Assembly (NCBI GenBank): GCA_017610245.1
Contig: JAFCCK010000001.1
Coordinates: forward strand, 1 to 39,772
DNA length: 39,772 bases
Reading direction: 5' to 3'
Origin: Candidatus Iainarchaeum sp.
Lineage (GTDB): Archaea > Iainarchaeota > Iainarchaeia > Iainarchaeales > GCA-2688035
The translations under genes were made by a program, and so were the position numbers. The notes beneath the pieces were generated by a model that searched no databases, was not told where the DNA came from, and worked only from the letters and a program-made list of their open reading frames with translations. Shown piece after piece: positions 8,371 to 17,443 of the stretch (the first letter of the stretch is position 1; each line of letters begins with the position of its first letter).

Positions 8371-9720
8371 TTAGTAGACCTCCGTTCCTTCGACCATCAT
8401 AACCACGCAGCTTGTTATGTTTATCTCAAGGTCCTGCACAACTAGGTCATCCAATGGTGCGTCATCGTCTGCTTTATCGTATGTGCATTCACTGAAAATA
8501 AATTGAATGCGCTCGTACTCTGGCTTTTTCAGCGTGTGCTTGATTGTGAAGGTTCCGATTGTATCTTGTGGCTCTGTTGCATTTGCTACTCCATATTGCC
8601 TTTCGATTTCTTCCTTATCAAGCAAGTCAATCTTCGCTGTTGATTTGTAGGTTCTCACTCCAGGCACTAATTTCTTGATGTACCTGCCGTCTGTTCCCTT
8701 AGCTTTATAGTTGTTATTTATTGAAAAGCTAAAGTCGTTCAGGTCGTAGTCTGTTCCACCTGCTACTTCAAGCTCAGTGTCCCATTCCAGGTACATTGCC
8801 CCTGTGAAATCTGTGATTGAGGAAGCTGTTGCTCCGCTCACGTTTGTCTGAGGTTTCTTTCCAATCATGTTCGCAATGAATCTGATTGGATCGGTCTGTT
8901 CTCTGGCCACTGAATAGGTCAGCTCGTTTATTTTACAGCCCAGCCAGTATTTGATTATGTCATCTGCTGCTGTTCCTTCTGGGTTAATGTAAGTGTCCTC
9001 AACTGAAAGACCATAGTTTGAGCTACCGTGAATCAGCTTTGTTTCCTTTGCCCAGAAAATTGTTTTTACATCTGTCGTGTAGATTGCTGTTACTGCTGCA
9101 CCAACCCAAACAAGTGCAATTGCAAGCTCATCTGTTGGCACGCTCGCCCAATCTGGCACTGGGTTTGCTGCTGCTGTTCCTGCTGTTACTGTTTCCTCTG
9201 TTGTTGCAGCATTGTCCTTGATTGAAACTACGTCCACTCTGTCCAAAGATGCATGTGCTGCACTGATTGTGATGTCTGTGATTTCGGTCGTTGTATAATT
9301 TGAGGATGCTATGTCATAGCTTCCTGCTGCTGCAAGCGTCAAAGTCATGTTCGGGCTTCCTGCCTCTACAAGGTTGCATGCTGTTACAACTTCGTTTGCA
9401 TCGCTTGCTGCTACTGGCGTAGCTGAACCATCGCCCATTGCACCTTTCTTTAGTTCTCCAAAAACGTACTGCAAAAACAATCCGTTCTGTGGGCTGTACT
9501 CAACAGGCCCAGCGACCTTTACTCTTCCTGCTACTTTCTTCCCGACATTCCTGCCGCTTGATTTACTCCTGTGCTGAATTACGGGAGCAGCAGCTTTTAT
9601 TCCGCAGCTTATTACCTTCCCAAAGGGCAGGTTCACGGCCGCAGATAATGTTCCGTAGGCTGTTTCCTCAACACCATAACTGGTTTGAGAAGACCAACCT
9701 GAATAATCTCTTTGCGTCAT
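8371..9720 (-). CDS. Major tail protein (by position)
   Basis: 449 aa, immediately upstream (in transcription order) of the chaperone and TMP. Rich in T/S/A/G as in tail tube proteins with appended domains. Confidence 0.45.
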   Translation of the reverse strand: MTQRDYSGWSSQTSYGVEETAYGTLSAAVNLPFGKVISCGIKAAAPVIQHRSKSSGRNVGKKVAGRVKVAGPVEYSPQNGLFLQYVFGELKKGAMGDGSATPVAASDANEVVTACNLVEAGSPNMTLTLAAAGSYDIASSNYTTTEITDITISAAHASLDRVDVVSIKDNAATTEETVTAGTAAANPVPDWASVPTDELAIALVWVGAAVTAIYTTDVKTIFWAKETKLIHGSSNYGLSVEDTYINPEGTAADDIIKYWLGCKINELTYSVAREQTDPIRFIANMIGKKPQTNVSGATASSITDFTGAMYLEWDTELEVAGGTDYDLNDFSFSINNNYKAKGTDGRYIKKLVPGVRTYKSTAKIDLLDKEEIERQYGVANATEPQDTIGTFTIKHTLKKPEYERIQFIFSECTYDKADDDAPLDDLVVQDLEINITSCVVMMVEGTEVY

Positions 9721-9986
9721 TACTTAGTCCCCTCCCGGTCTTTTTCCTTTTTCTCTTTCCTGCCAGGCTCTGTTTTCTTTACCACAACATCAGCTGTGAT
9801 TTCTTTTTCCTTTTCTTTTTCTGGAGCAGCTTTCCTGGCACCTGTCGCTGCTTCATAATTGCTGTTTGTGAGGATCGCTTTTCCTACGTCCTCAGGGAAA
9901 TCCCTCTCATCGCTGGCCTTGTGAATCCAATGGACTCCAGGGCCCTGCATATTAAGTTCTCCCCCTATTTTTGCTCGAATCCTCAT
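9720..9986 (-). CDS. Hypothetical Lys/Glu-rich small protein
   Basis: 88 aa. The ORF ends on the same base (9720) where the downstream gene starts. Confidence 0.35.
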   Translation of the reverse strand: MRIRAKIGGELNMQGPGVHWIHKASDERDFPEDVGKAILTNSNYEAATGARKAAPEKEKEKEITADVVVKKTEPGRKEKKEKDREGTK

Positions 9987-10453
9987 CAGATCCCCTCCGT
10001 TACAATTACTATTTTTATTTCGCTTGAATCAAGCACAAATGTCTTGGGCTTAACTAAAGCCTCATATCGTGTTCCGATAAGCATTATGTCAACGTGTCTC
10101 CAGCTGTCATCTTCAGCTCTCAACCCATCTAAGTACCTATTCGTAACCATCAATTTCTTAATTTTTCCAGTCAAAATAAGCAATTTGTCCTGGCGCTTCT
10201 TGTAATCCTTATATTTTTCCAGAACAATAATGCTCATGCTGCTCTTCTGGCCTATTTTGTTCTGGCCCTTGTGTATCTGTTCTGTTTCGTCCTCTGTCCA
10301 GGCTAGCATCACTGCAGGATAATTCGGAATGCTGTTCGGCATTCCCTCATAAACTTTTTCCAAATCAGCAAGACCTGTATCCTTCTCAATAATTTGTTTT
10401 ATCTTATTGCGAATCGCAATCATCATATCCAAGTTACTTGTTTCATAAGCCAT
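9986..10453 (-). CDS. Putative tail completion or terminator protein (by position)
   Basis: 155 aa, between the gp10-like gene and the major tail protein. The end and start share one base. Confidence 0.35.
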   Translation of the reverse strand: MAYETSNLDMMIAIRNKIKQIIEKDTGLADLEKVYEGMPNSIPNYPAVMLAWTEDETEQIHKGQNKIGQKSSMSIIVLEKYKDYKKRQDKLLILTGKIKKLMVTNRYLDGLRAEDDSWRHVDIMLIGTRYEALVKPKTFVLDSSEIKIVIVTEGI

Positions 10454-10890
10454 TACATCGCCCTCGCTACTTCTGATTTAAAAATATCCATAATTTTTCT
10501 ATTGGCCTGGTCAGGTGCCGGTTCAAAGGTTTGCCTTTCAGGTATTCTTCGTGTGCCCTTTTCATGATGAATCAAATAATTAACTCCAGGATAAACTTCG
10601 CCCTCCAGCTTTCTCTTGTTTACACTCTCATGTATTGAGGTTCTCATGTGGCCCTTGTCAATCAGGCCCATTAATGAACGGCCCATCTTAGATTTTCTAG
10701 CAAGAGTCGAGGGAGAAAAGGGAGGCCATCCCAAGCCTTTTGTTTGTCCAGTCTTGATGTTATCCATAACAACTTCCCGAACCAGGGCAGTTGAACGAAC
10801 CAAGGCAACAAAGAGAGAATTTCTAATTTTTCCTTTAGTTCCTTCTAGTCCTGAAATGGCCTCACGCGCTTCAATTCTGTAGTTAAGCAT
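10453..10890 (-). CDS. HK97 gp10-like head-tail joining protein
   Basis: 145 aa containing ...GHMRTSIHESV, which resembles the TGxLRxSIxxE motif of gp10-family proteins. Located between the connector and tail genes. Confidence 0.45.
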   Translation of the reverse strand: MLNYRIEAREAISGLEGTKGKIRNSLFVALVRSTALVREVVMDNIKTGQTKGLGWPPFSPSTLARKSKMGRSLMGLIDKGHMRTSIHESVNKRKLEGEVYPGVNYLIHHEKGTRRIPERQTFEPAPDQANRKIMDIFKSEVARAM

Positions 10891-10894
10891 GTCC

Positions 10895-11254
10895 TCATCC
10901 CGTATCCGTGTCGAAGAAGTCGCTGTTTACTTTCTCCATTCCGGAATCCGGGTCGGCGATGGCTTTGCTATAAGAGTCAAGGTATTCCCTTGCTTGCTTT
11001 TTCAAAATTTTGGAAATATTGCTTTCGTTGGGTTCAGAATCTGTAAAAAAAAAGTCATACACCTTGCCTGCTGCATAGCAGGCCGTTGCGTATTTTATCA
11101 GGTCAGGAATTGTTCCAGAATAAGTTTCGTCTTGAATTCCATTAACCCAAACTTCTGCTTCGGTGATTCGGAGCTCAACATTGTCATCGGACATCTCTCC
11201 GTCATCCATTTTTATTTGTTCCCAAACATCTAGTACTGTGCAATACGTTCCCAT
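10895..11254 (-). CDS. Head-tail connector or adaptor (gp6-like)
   Basis: 119 aa. The N-terminus LDVWEQIKMDDGEMSDDNVELRITEAEVWV fits the DD..L..I.AA...E pattern of gp6-type connectors. Lies just downstream of the capsid genes. Confidence 0.45.
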   Translation of the reverse strand: MGTYCTVLDVWEQIKMDDGEMSDDNVELRITEAEVWVNGIQDETYSGTIPDLIKYATACYAAGKVYDFFFTDSEPNESNISKILKKQAREYLDSYSKAIADPDSGMEKVNSDFFDTDTG

Positions 11255-11348
11255 TACTATTACCTCGCGTTCCCGGTCAAAACCGGTTCAGGCAGCGACT
11301 GCCCCTGCCAGGCTACTCCTGGACTTATTACATTATTACTTTCTTACT

Positions 11349-11573
11349 TTATTTCTTTTTGCCTTTCTTTTCTTCTGGCTCTTCGGGCTCTTCAGGTTTT
11401 TCTTTTACCTTTCCAGCCTCAGTGAGCTTGCCTTCTCCTATTAGCGTCTCAACAGCATCTGCTTTTTCTTCCAGCAGTTTTTCTGAAAGTTCTATTGTTT
11501 CCCCTTTCAGTACCTTTATACCGTCGCCGAAGCTAATATCGGAAGTGCCCGTATTAACATATTTTTTTCCCAT
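11349..11573 (-). CDS. Small acidic protein with a KPEEPEEPEEKKGKKK tail
   Basis: 74 aa ORF following the major capsid protein (MCP) gene. Confidence 0.4.
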   Translation of the reverse strand: MGKKYVNTGTSDISFGDGIKVLKGETIELSEKLLEEKADAVETLIGEGKLTEAGKVKEKPEEPEEPEEKKGKKK

Positions 11574-11640
11574 AAAAAAAACCTCCAGGTCTGTTTTCTA
11601 TTTTCTTTTCTCCTTTAGAAAAAAAATAAAGGAGGGGAAA

Positions 11641-12498
11641 TTATATCCCCGTTATTGAAATCAATGCGTTTGCCTCGTACACTGCTGGCACACTTCTCAG
11701 GAATGTGTTGAAGCTGTAACTCTGATTAGAGAGCACATAGTCCTCTTCCACATCTAAATCCTCTGCAACAATCAGCTCTGCAATGTCTGCACCTGATTGC
11801 ATCAGCAATCCTGTTCCTGTAGCAATGTTCCTGTCAACTCTTACTGTTATTCCGAGCTTTTGAATTTTCTCGAGCTCAGTTAGGTCAGTGTTTGCAGCCC
11901 TTTGGTAGGTCTCCAAATATTGGTCCTTGTGCAACAGTAAATCTGTCGGCTCAAATTCATCGCCCATTGCAAGCATGGCCCCCATTATTGCTAATGGAAT
12001 GTTTGCAACAGTTGCCCATGTAGCTCCCCCGAAGGTTCCACCTACACTAGCATACAGGCCGCTGACTCCTGAGAGCGCGTTCTGGAGAATGATTGTTTCA
12101 TTCTCTTTATTCTGTGTCAGCCTACTTGCTCTCCGAGCCATAACAGTATTCAAAGCTTCGCCGTACTCTCTACTTGAGAGCAGGTCTTCCCTTGCAATAT
12201 TGAAAGACACACCGTGCTTCAATACTGGGATAAGTTCCCTTGCCTTGTCTATTGCCATTCCTGGAAAGTTTGTGGCTTTCGCAACAACGTCTGCAGCTCC
12301 TACGTCTGTCAGAGTATCAAAGCCGAACTCTTGCCTGCCGATTGAAACCTTTCTTACGGGGCACACTTGCCTTCCAGCAAGGTTCACGTATTTAGGCTCA
12401 ATGACAGCCGAGCGTACTTCTCTAAACTCTTCAGTTGAAAGAGATGCATCGTTCAAAATTTGGTTTAATTGTCTCATATGATGAGCACCTTCCCCCAA
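11641..12498 (-). CDS. Major capsid protein (HK97-fold-like)
   Basis: 285 aa, directly after the scaffold and a decoration-like gene. Composition and length are typical of small HK97-type MCPs. SD present. Confidence 0.6.
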   Translation of the reverse strand: MGEGAHHMRQLNQILNDASLSTEEFREVRSAVIEPKYVNLAGRQVCPVRKVSIGRQEFGFDTLTDVGAADVVAKATNFPGMAIDKARELIPVLKHGVSFNIAREDLLSSREYGEALNTVMARRASRLTQNKENETIILQNALSGVSGLYASVGGTFGGATWATVANIPLAIMGAMLAMGDEFEPTDLLLHKDQYLETYQRAANTDLTELEKIQKLGITVRVDRNIATGTGLLMQSGADIAELIVAEDLDVEEDYVLSNQSYSFNTFLRSVPAVYEANALISITGI

Positions 12499-12896
12499 GC
12501 TGTAGATGCAATTATTGTATGTGCAATTCCTACAACCTTGTAGCTTGTTGCTGAACCAACTGTGAGTGGTTCAACTATTCCTGCTGCAGCACAACTTACA
12601 TGTCCGCCTTCTGCGACACCTGTAGTTGAGTACATGGCGTAAATTTTACCAGGCACCAAAGCTGCAACGGTTACAACATCGTTGTCCGCATACTCTGCAG
12701 TTCCAGATTTCGCATAAATTTTCTCGTCCGGTACAGCAATTCCCTGCACGAATGCAGTGTCAGCTGCAGTTAACTTTACATCGTTTGCTGCTGTTCCTTT
12801 TTCCACAAGTTTTCCGAAGCCAATGGCTCCATCAGCTTTCCTTGTGAAGGTCGGTACAACAAATGATGGATTGAAATCATATACTCTATCCGCCAT
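12474..12896 (-). CDS. Small head protein (decoration or DUF2190-like), Ala/Gly/Val-rich
   Basis: 140 aa, between scaffold and MCP. Beta-rich, low-charge composition. Confidence 0.4.
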   Translation of the reverse strand: MADRVYDFNPSFVVPTFTRKADGAIGFGKLVEKGTAANDVKLTAADTAFVQGIAVPDEKIYAKSGTAEYADNDVVTVAALVPGKIYAMYSTTGVAEGGHVSCAAAGIVEPLTVGSATSYKVVGIAHTIIASTAWGKVLII

Positions 12897-13457
12897 TTAC
12901 TTCACCTTCCTTGCATCGGCATATATGTTTTCGCGTGCTTTTTTCAATTCGTCAATCTCACCGTCGCTGTCATGAAAGAGCGTCTTAACCTGCTTTTTCC
13001 CAATAGCGTCTGTTTTTTTACTCAGTTTCTCCATGGAGTCCTCGAGTTTCTTTACTGCGTCGCCTTTCTTTTCAGCCTCTTCCTCAAGCTCTTTATTTTT
13101 TTCTTTGAGCTTTTCGTTTTCAGCTTTCAAGTCAGCATCCTCAGCTTCCTCATCTTCTCCGTTGCCTTCGCCTTCGCCCTCTTTAGGTTTCTCGCCTTCT
13201 TTGGGCTTGGCTTCCTCGCCTTCCTTTGGCTCCTCTCCCTCTTTAGGCTTTTCGCCTTCAGCTGGATCCTCGCCTTCGTCTGCGATTTTCTTTTCAAGGG
13301 CATCAATCTTTTTGTCCTTGTCCGCAACAGAGTCGTTGAGTTCCTTAATCCTTTCTACGGCTAAGGTCTCAAGTCCTTCAGAGGAATCTGCTTCTAAAAC
13401 TTTCTGTAATTCACTCATAATTTTATCCCTCCATAAACATCTGCCTTCATCTATCAC
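12897..13457 (-). CDS. Scaffolding protein
   Basis: 186 aa, highly acidic and coiled-coil, with KPKEGEEPKEGEEAKPKEGEKPKEGEGEGNGEDEE repeats. Immediately precedes the capsid genes. SD is GGAGGGA. Confidence 0.65.
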   Translation of the reverse strand: MIDEGRCLWRDKIMSELQKVLEADSSEGLETLAVERIKELNDSVADKDKKIDALEKKIADEGEDPAEGEKPKEGEEPKEGEEAKPKEGEKPKEGEGEGNGEDEEAEDADLKAENEKLKEKNKELEEEAEKKGDAVKKLEDSMEKLSKKTDAIGKKQVKTLFHDSDGEIDELKKARENIYADARKVK

Positions 13458-13463
13458 AATCTG

Positions 13464-13477
13464 CTTAATATAGTTTT
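13464..13477 (-). promoter_or_regulatory. Conserved promoter-like element, copy 1 of 3 (BRE/TATA-like AAAACTATATTAAG on the minus strand)
   Basis: The plus strand reads cttaatatagtttt(cgg)tttttt. The same roughly 27-35-bp block recurs at 14244-14257 and 25003-25016, each just upstream of a minus-strand structural gene start. Confidence 0.5.
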
Positions 13478-13548
13478 CGGTTTTTTATGGCAAAATCATG
13501 GAAATCAGCTGGATTTAGTCCAATGTATCGTAACAAAGTGACAGAGAA

Positions 13549-14214
13549 TTAGAATGCGTTGAGGCCCACACCGTCTGCAGTGCCTGCGCGGCCTTGCATT
13601 ATCAAGGCTAAGTGGTCAAAGAAGAAATTCTCCTGGCGAATGTCATAATGCTGTCCGTTGAATTCCCCCGGCACGTGCACTTCCTTACATCTGAATCCTG
13701 TGCTCACATCCTCTAAGCGCTTTGCTTTTGTGTCCTTAATTAGCTGTTTGTTTTTTTCATTCTTTTTAATGAACACGTCCCCATAAGAACGCTTTCCTTT
13801 TTTGTCCCACTTAACAGAATCAAAAACAATATGGCCTACTTGCTGGCCCATGCTTGTAACTACTTTCTCCGGAGGATGCACGTATGCTGTTATAGGTTTG
13901 CCCCTTAAAGAATCCAGTGCTTTCTTCAGTTCCTCAGCCGACTTGTAGTGCTTGCCATTGTCGTACGGTAGCACTCCTTCCTTTGTGAAAACAACATCAT
14001 GGAAAGTAACGCCCTTCTCTGATTCAGTCCAGGCGTCGCCTTCAATGGCATCGCCTTTTGTTCCAATAGAATCAGTATGATCTATAAGTTTTTTTCCTGC
14101 GCCTTGCTCTTCAAGTTTTTTAATCAAAGCCTTATCTGCCAGGGCCCTGTCATTCTTTTTTGCCTGAGCTTTCAGTTTGCCAAACAAAGCCAGGTCGCTT
14201 AAAGAATCATTCAT
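13549..14214 (-). CDS. Head morphogenesis protein (possibly a prohead protease; unassigned)
   Basis: 221 aa ORF immediately upstream of the scaffold gene. Preceded by copy 2 of the conserved promoter-like element. Confidence 0.4.
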   Translation of the reverse strand: MNDSLSDLALFGKLKAQAKKNDRALADKALIKKLEEQGAGKKLIDHTDSIGTKGDAIEGDAWTESEKGVTFHDVVFTKEGVLPYDNGKHYKSAEELKKALDSLRGKPITAYVHPPEKVVTSMGQQVGHIVFDSVKWDKKGKRSYGDVFIKKNEKNKQLIKDTKAKRLEDVSTGFRCKEVHVPGEFNGQHYDIRQENFFFDHLALIMQGRAGTADGVGLNAF

Positions 14215-14243
14215 AATAAACCACTCTTACCTTCTGCATTCTC

Positions 14244-14257
14244 CTTAATATAGTTTT
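14244..14257 (-). promoter_or_regulatory. Conserved promoter-like element, copy 2
   Basis: ctccttaatatagttttgccattttt on the plus strand. It lies 30-45 nt upstream of the ATG at 14214. Confidence 0.5.
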
Positions 14258-14383
14258 GCCATTTTTCAGGCAAATTTGTGCGATAAGCTCCTAGGCCCTG
14301 CATTTTCCTAGTCAATCCTTCCCATCCAAGCCCTGCACGTGCTCTTACCTTCCACAAACTCCTTATTATACTTTATTCTTTTT

Positions 14384-17113
14384 TTAAGAAATAAACGCCT
14401 CGAGAGAGTCTTTTCTAGTTTTTACTGTAAGATTATCCTTCCTAGTTGCCACGTCCAGGGAATCCTTTCTCGTTGTAACCTCTACTTGTTCCTTTCGGAG
14501 AAAAACATCCAATTGGTATATGGCAAGCGGCGCATAAAGAATTGCATCCCCAGTAAATGTTTTGTATGCTCTGCCTGTCAGTACAGCATCAATTGAGAAT
14601 GTTTTTGTAACTACTATCCGCAGCATAGCATCGAGTGTAAAGGTCTTTGTTGCCTGCAGCATTATCCAGGCATCAGCAGTGAAAGCCTTTATTGTTGTCA
14701 GCTGCAGTATAGCGTTAATCTCAAAGGTTTTCAGGCTCACCGACCTTAGTACGGCATCCGCGCTGAATGTTTTGGTAACAACTATACTTAGTATAGCGTC
14801 TGCAGTAAAGGCCTTGCTCCCTACCTGCATTAAAATGGCATCAGCCTGGAATGTTTTTGTTTCCTGCTTTCTGAGGAAAGCGTCCGCAGTAAAAGCCTTT
14901 GTGAACACTGCTCGCAAGTATGCGTCTGCCTGGAATGTTTTCGAATATGTCCCTTGCAGTAATGCATTTGCAGTAAATGATTTGGAGTAACTTATTCTGA
15001 GTAATACATCTGCAGTAAAGGCTTTTGTCAGCCTGTCAACAACTACCGCATCTGCTATGAATGTTTTCGTTTCTGTTGCTTGTAACCAGGCATCGGCACT
15101 GAATGTTTTGCTGTACCTATTTACCAAAATACCGTCAGCCAAGAATGTTTTTGTTTGCACGGCTTGCAGCACTGCATCTGCTTCGAATGTTTTCGTGTAC
15201 GTTCCTTTTAGAATTGCGTTGATTGAAAAGTTTTTAGCGTCTGCCGCTTCCAGGATTGCGTCCATGGAAAAACTTTTTGTAAGGCCGCTTGCTTTCAGGA
15301 TTGCATTTGCTTCGAAAGTTTTGGTGAGCCGTTCAACAACTACAGCATCAGCCTCGAATACTTTTGTAAATGTGGCTAGGAGAATTGCGTCCGCTTCAAA
15401 TTCTTTGGTTCCAACTATCTGCAATGTAGCATCTGCACTGAAGGTCTTTGTCAGGTCAGAGGCTTTCAAGAAAGCATCTGCGATGAATGTTTTTGTTGCG
15501 GTCCCGAACAGTATTGCATCAGCTGAAAATGCTTTAGTAAACACCGCTCGCAAGTGAGCATCTACTGTGAATGTTTTCGTGAGCCTATTTATTAAGATAG
15601 CGTCAGCCTCAAAGGTCTTGCTGAATGTGGCCTGCAGCACAGCGTCAACATCAAATGTTTTAGTCAACCTGTCAACAAGTACAGCATCGGCCTCAAAGGT
15701 TTTGGTTGCTGTTGAAACCAGGAATGCGTCCGCTGAAAATGTTTTTGTCAAGCCCTGTGCCTGCAAGTATGCATCCACTATAAAAGTTTTTGTAAGCCGA
15801 TTTATCAGGAGTGCATCGGCTGTGAAGGTCTTGGTTACTACAGGGGATATGAGTATTGCATCTGCTGCAAAGGTTTTAGTCAGGCCAGATTGTTTCAATA
15901 ATGCATCTGCCTCGAATGACTTAGAATAGGTCCCCTTGAGAATTGCATCAGCTGTAAAATATTTAAAATTTGTACCAACCCATGCATCCATTGTGAAAGT
16001 CTTCGTCAGGCCAGAAGCTTTTAGTATAGCATCTGCTGTGAATGTTTTTGCGTATCTTCCTAATTCATCAAATTTAACAGCTATATCTGTCCAAGTGGCA
16101 GAAGAAGACCAATCAGTACCACTATTTGCTGATTCGGTATAAGTACAGGTGGCTCCGCCGTATGTTTCATTAACATATACTGCACTATTTACAGTAGCCA
16201 TGGCCGATACTCTCCAACAATTAGAACTATCTACAGAATTTGGAGATTTAAGGACTATTCTGTACTGACTTCCATTTGCAAAAGTTATAGGAGAACTAAA
16301 AGATGCGTACGTCCAGTGGTAGCTTGTAGATTCAGATGTTCCTGCCGGAGCTATTTCTCCACTATCTATAACATCTTCGGCATCCGGGCCTCTAATTTCA
16401 TATTGTAATGCACCTGCCGGAGTTCCTTGTCTTCTTATAATAATTTCTAATCCTCTAACGGTTTGCGCCCCGGCGATTGTAATTAATTCTCCTTTCCAAT
16501 ATGCTCCATAACAGTTTTCAGTGTAGCCATAAGTGTAAGGCTGGCCTTCATACGTTGCATCATCATACTCAATGATAAATACTCCTGAGCCACTAGTACC
16601 GCCCCAATCAGCACCGCTGTTAGTTGATTGTTTAAATTCTAAACTCGAATCAACATAATTAGAATCATTATCTGCTTGGTTTCTTGGAGTGCCAATAACG
16701 GGTGCGGTGTAAATACCTCTCGATAAGTGTGCATGATTACTTCCGTCTATTGTTCCGCTTTGATACTGAATTCTGATTGCATAAGTAACTCCAGCAGTTA
16801 AATCGACTGTTTCTCCTAAAGTGAAAGTATTCCATGCTCCATCTGCAATTTGTTGGTCTACATATCCGGAGTTAGTTGCCCCAAGCCAGGTGCCATCCGG
16901 CTCATCCGAACCATCAACTGCTTGTAATCCAATTCTATAAGTCGGACTTGTTCCTGTAACTGTGTTTGAATCTATGCGAATAGCTGAAACAGTTTTTGTG
17001 TTTTGAGCCGTGAATATTATGGCTATTTGGTCGGTAGCAGCATCTAATGGAATTGATGCTACAGTATAATTCAATGCAGATTCATGTCCAAAAAGATAAT
17101 TACTTGTTCCCAT
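14384..17113 (-). CDS. Large fibre or adhesin-like protein: N-terminal globular domain plus about 38 tandem 14/15-residue repeats (TKTFxADAxLxxxx)
   Basis: 909 aa. Residues about 345-880 are repeats (TKTFTADAILISPVV, TKTFTADALLINRL, TKTFIVDAYLQAQGL, ...). These are visible at DNA level as a degenerate 42/45-nt periodicity (gcatc.gc....gtgaa.gttttngt) across 14500-16080. The C-terminus has 3 copies of TRKDSLxVxx. Confidence 0.7.
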   Translation of the reverse strand: MGTSNYLFGHESALNYTVASIPLDAATDQIAIIFTAQNTKTVSAIRIDSNTVTGTSPTYRIGLQAVDGSDEPDGTWLGATNSGYVDQQIADGAWNTFTLGETVDLTAGVTYAIRIQYQSGTIDGSNHAHLSRGIYTAPVIGTPRNQADNDSNYVDSSLEFKQSTNSGADWGGTSGSGVFIIEYDDATYEGQPYTYGYTENCYGAYWKGELITIAGAQTVRGLEIIIRRQGTPAGALQYEIRGPDAEDVIDSGEIAPAGTSESTSYHWTYASFSSPITFANGSQYRIVLKSPNSVDSSNCWRVSAMATVNSAVYVNETYGGATCTYTESANSGTDWSSSATWTDIAVKFDELGRYAKTFTADAILKASGLTKTFTMDAWVGTNFKYFTADAILKGTYSKSFEADALLKQSGLTKTFAADAILISPVVTKTFTADALLINRLTKTFIVDAYLQAQGLTKTFSADAFLVSTATKTFEADAVLVDRLTKTFDVDAVLQATFSKTFEADAILINRLTKTFTVDAHLRAVFTKAFSADAILFGTATKTFIADAFLKASDLTKTFSADATLQIVGTKEFEADAILLATFTKVFEADAVVVERLTKTFEANAILKASGLTKSFSMDAILEAADAKNFSINAILKGTYTKTFEADAVLQAVQTKTFLADGILVNRYSKTFSADAWLQATETKTFIADAVVVDRLTKAFTADVLLRISYSKSFTANALLQGTYSKTFQADAYLRAVFTKAFTADAFLRKQETKTFQADAILMQVGSKAFTADAILSIVVTKTFSADAVLRSVSLKTFEINAILQLTTIKAFTADAWIMLQATKTFTLDAMLRIVVTKTFSIDAVLTGRAYKTFTGDAILYAPLAIYQLDVFLRKEQVEVTTRKDSLDVATRKDNLTVKTRKDSLEAFIS

Positions 17114-17115
17114 AA

Positions 17116-17355
17116 TTATACCTCTTTAGAATATGCGTTCCACAATTTCGAATCTTCTGCTTTTGTCATTTGAGATTTCAATTCATCCAATAATGAATCT
17201 ATCCATTTTTCCACATTAGTCTGATTAAAACTCGATGAATCAAAATGGTTAAATTTTGAAAACACATCAAAACTTTCTCCAGCTGAAGGAGCAAATTCAA
17301 CTTCAATATGTATTCCATTTTCATCCCAATTAACTTTTTTTAGTGTTGCTATCAT
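17116..17355 (-). CDS. Hypothetical small protein
   Basis: Best ATG is at 17355 with GGAGG 9 nt upstream. 79 aa. Confidence 0.4.
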   Translation of the reverse strand: MIATLKKVNWDENGIHIEVEFAPSAGESFDVFSKFNHFDSSSFNQTNVEKWIDSLLDELKSQMTKAEDSKLWNAYSKEV

Positions 17356-17443
17356 CCTTCCCAACCTCCTGGTCTGTTTCTTTCTTTGCTAAAATCTTTC
17401 ATTCAAATCCCTCCAGATATTTTTTTATAAATCTTCATACGCA

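Noticed and set aside
9438-10205. 255-aa plus-strand ORF spanning three minus-strand genes
   Set aside because: It crosses gene boundaries of well-packed minus-strand ORFs and has Leu/Ser/Phe-rich reverse-frame composition.
12972-13473. Plus-strand ORFs (130 aa and 146 aa) over the scaffold gene
   Set aside because: They are antisense artefacts of the highly repetitive acidic scaffold coding sequence (poly-Ser/Phe/Leu).
14500-16080. Possible CRISPR array suggested by regular 42-45-nt periodicity
   Set aside because: The units are contiguous, degenerate and in-frame coding repeats with no unique spacers between conserved repeats. They translate into the TKTFxADAxL protein repeat.
14562-16142. 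Series of plus-strand ORFs (14562-14990, 15057-15557, 15567-15929, 15936-16142) with their own ASA.NVFV periodicity
   Set aside because: They are mirror images of the minus-strand repeat gene. The periodicity is inherited from the 42/45-nt coding repeats. They interrupt each other and lack start signals.
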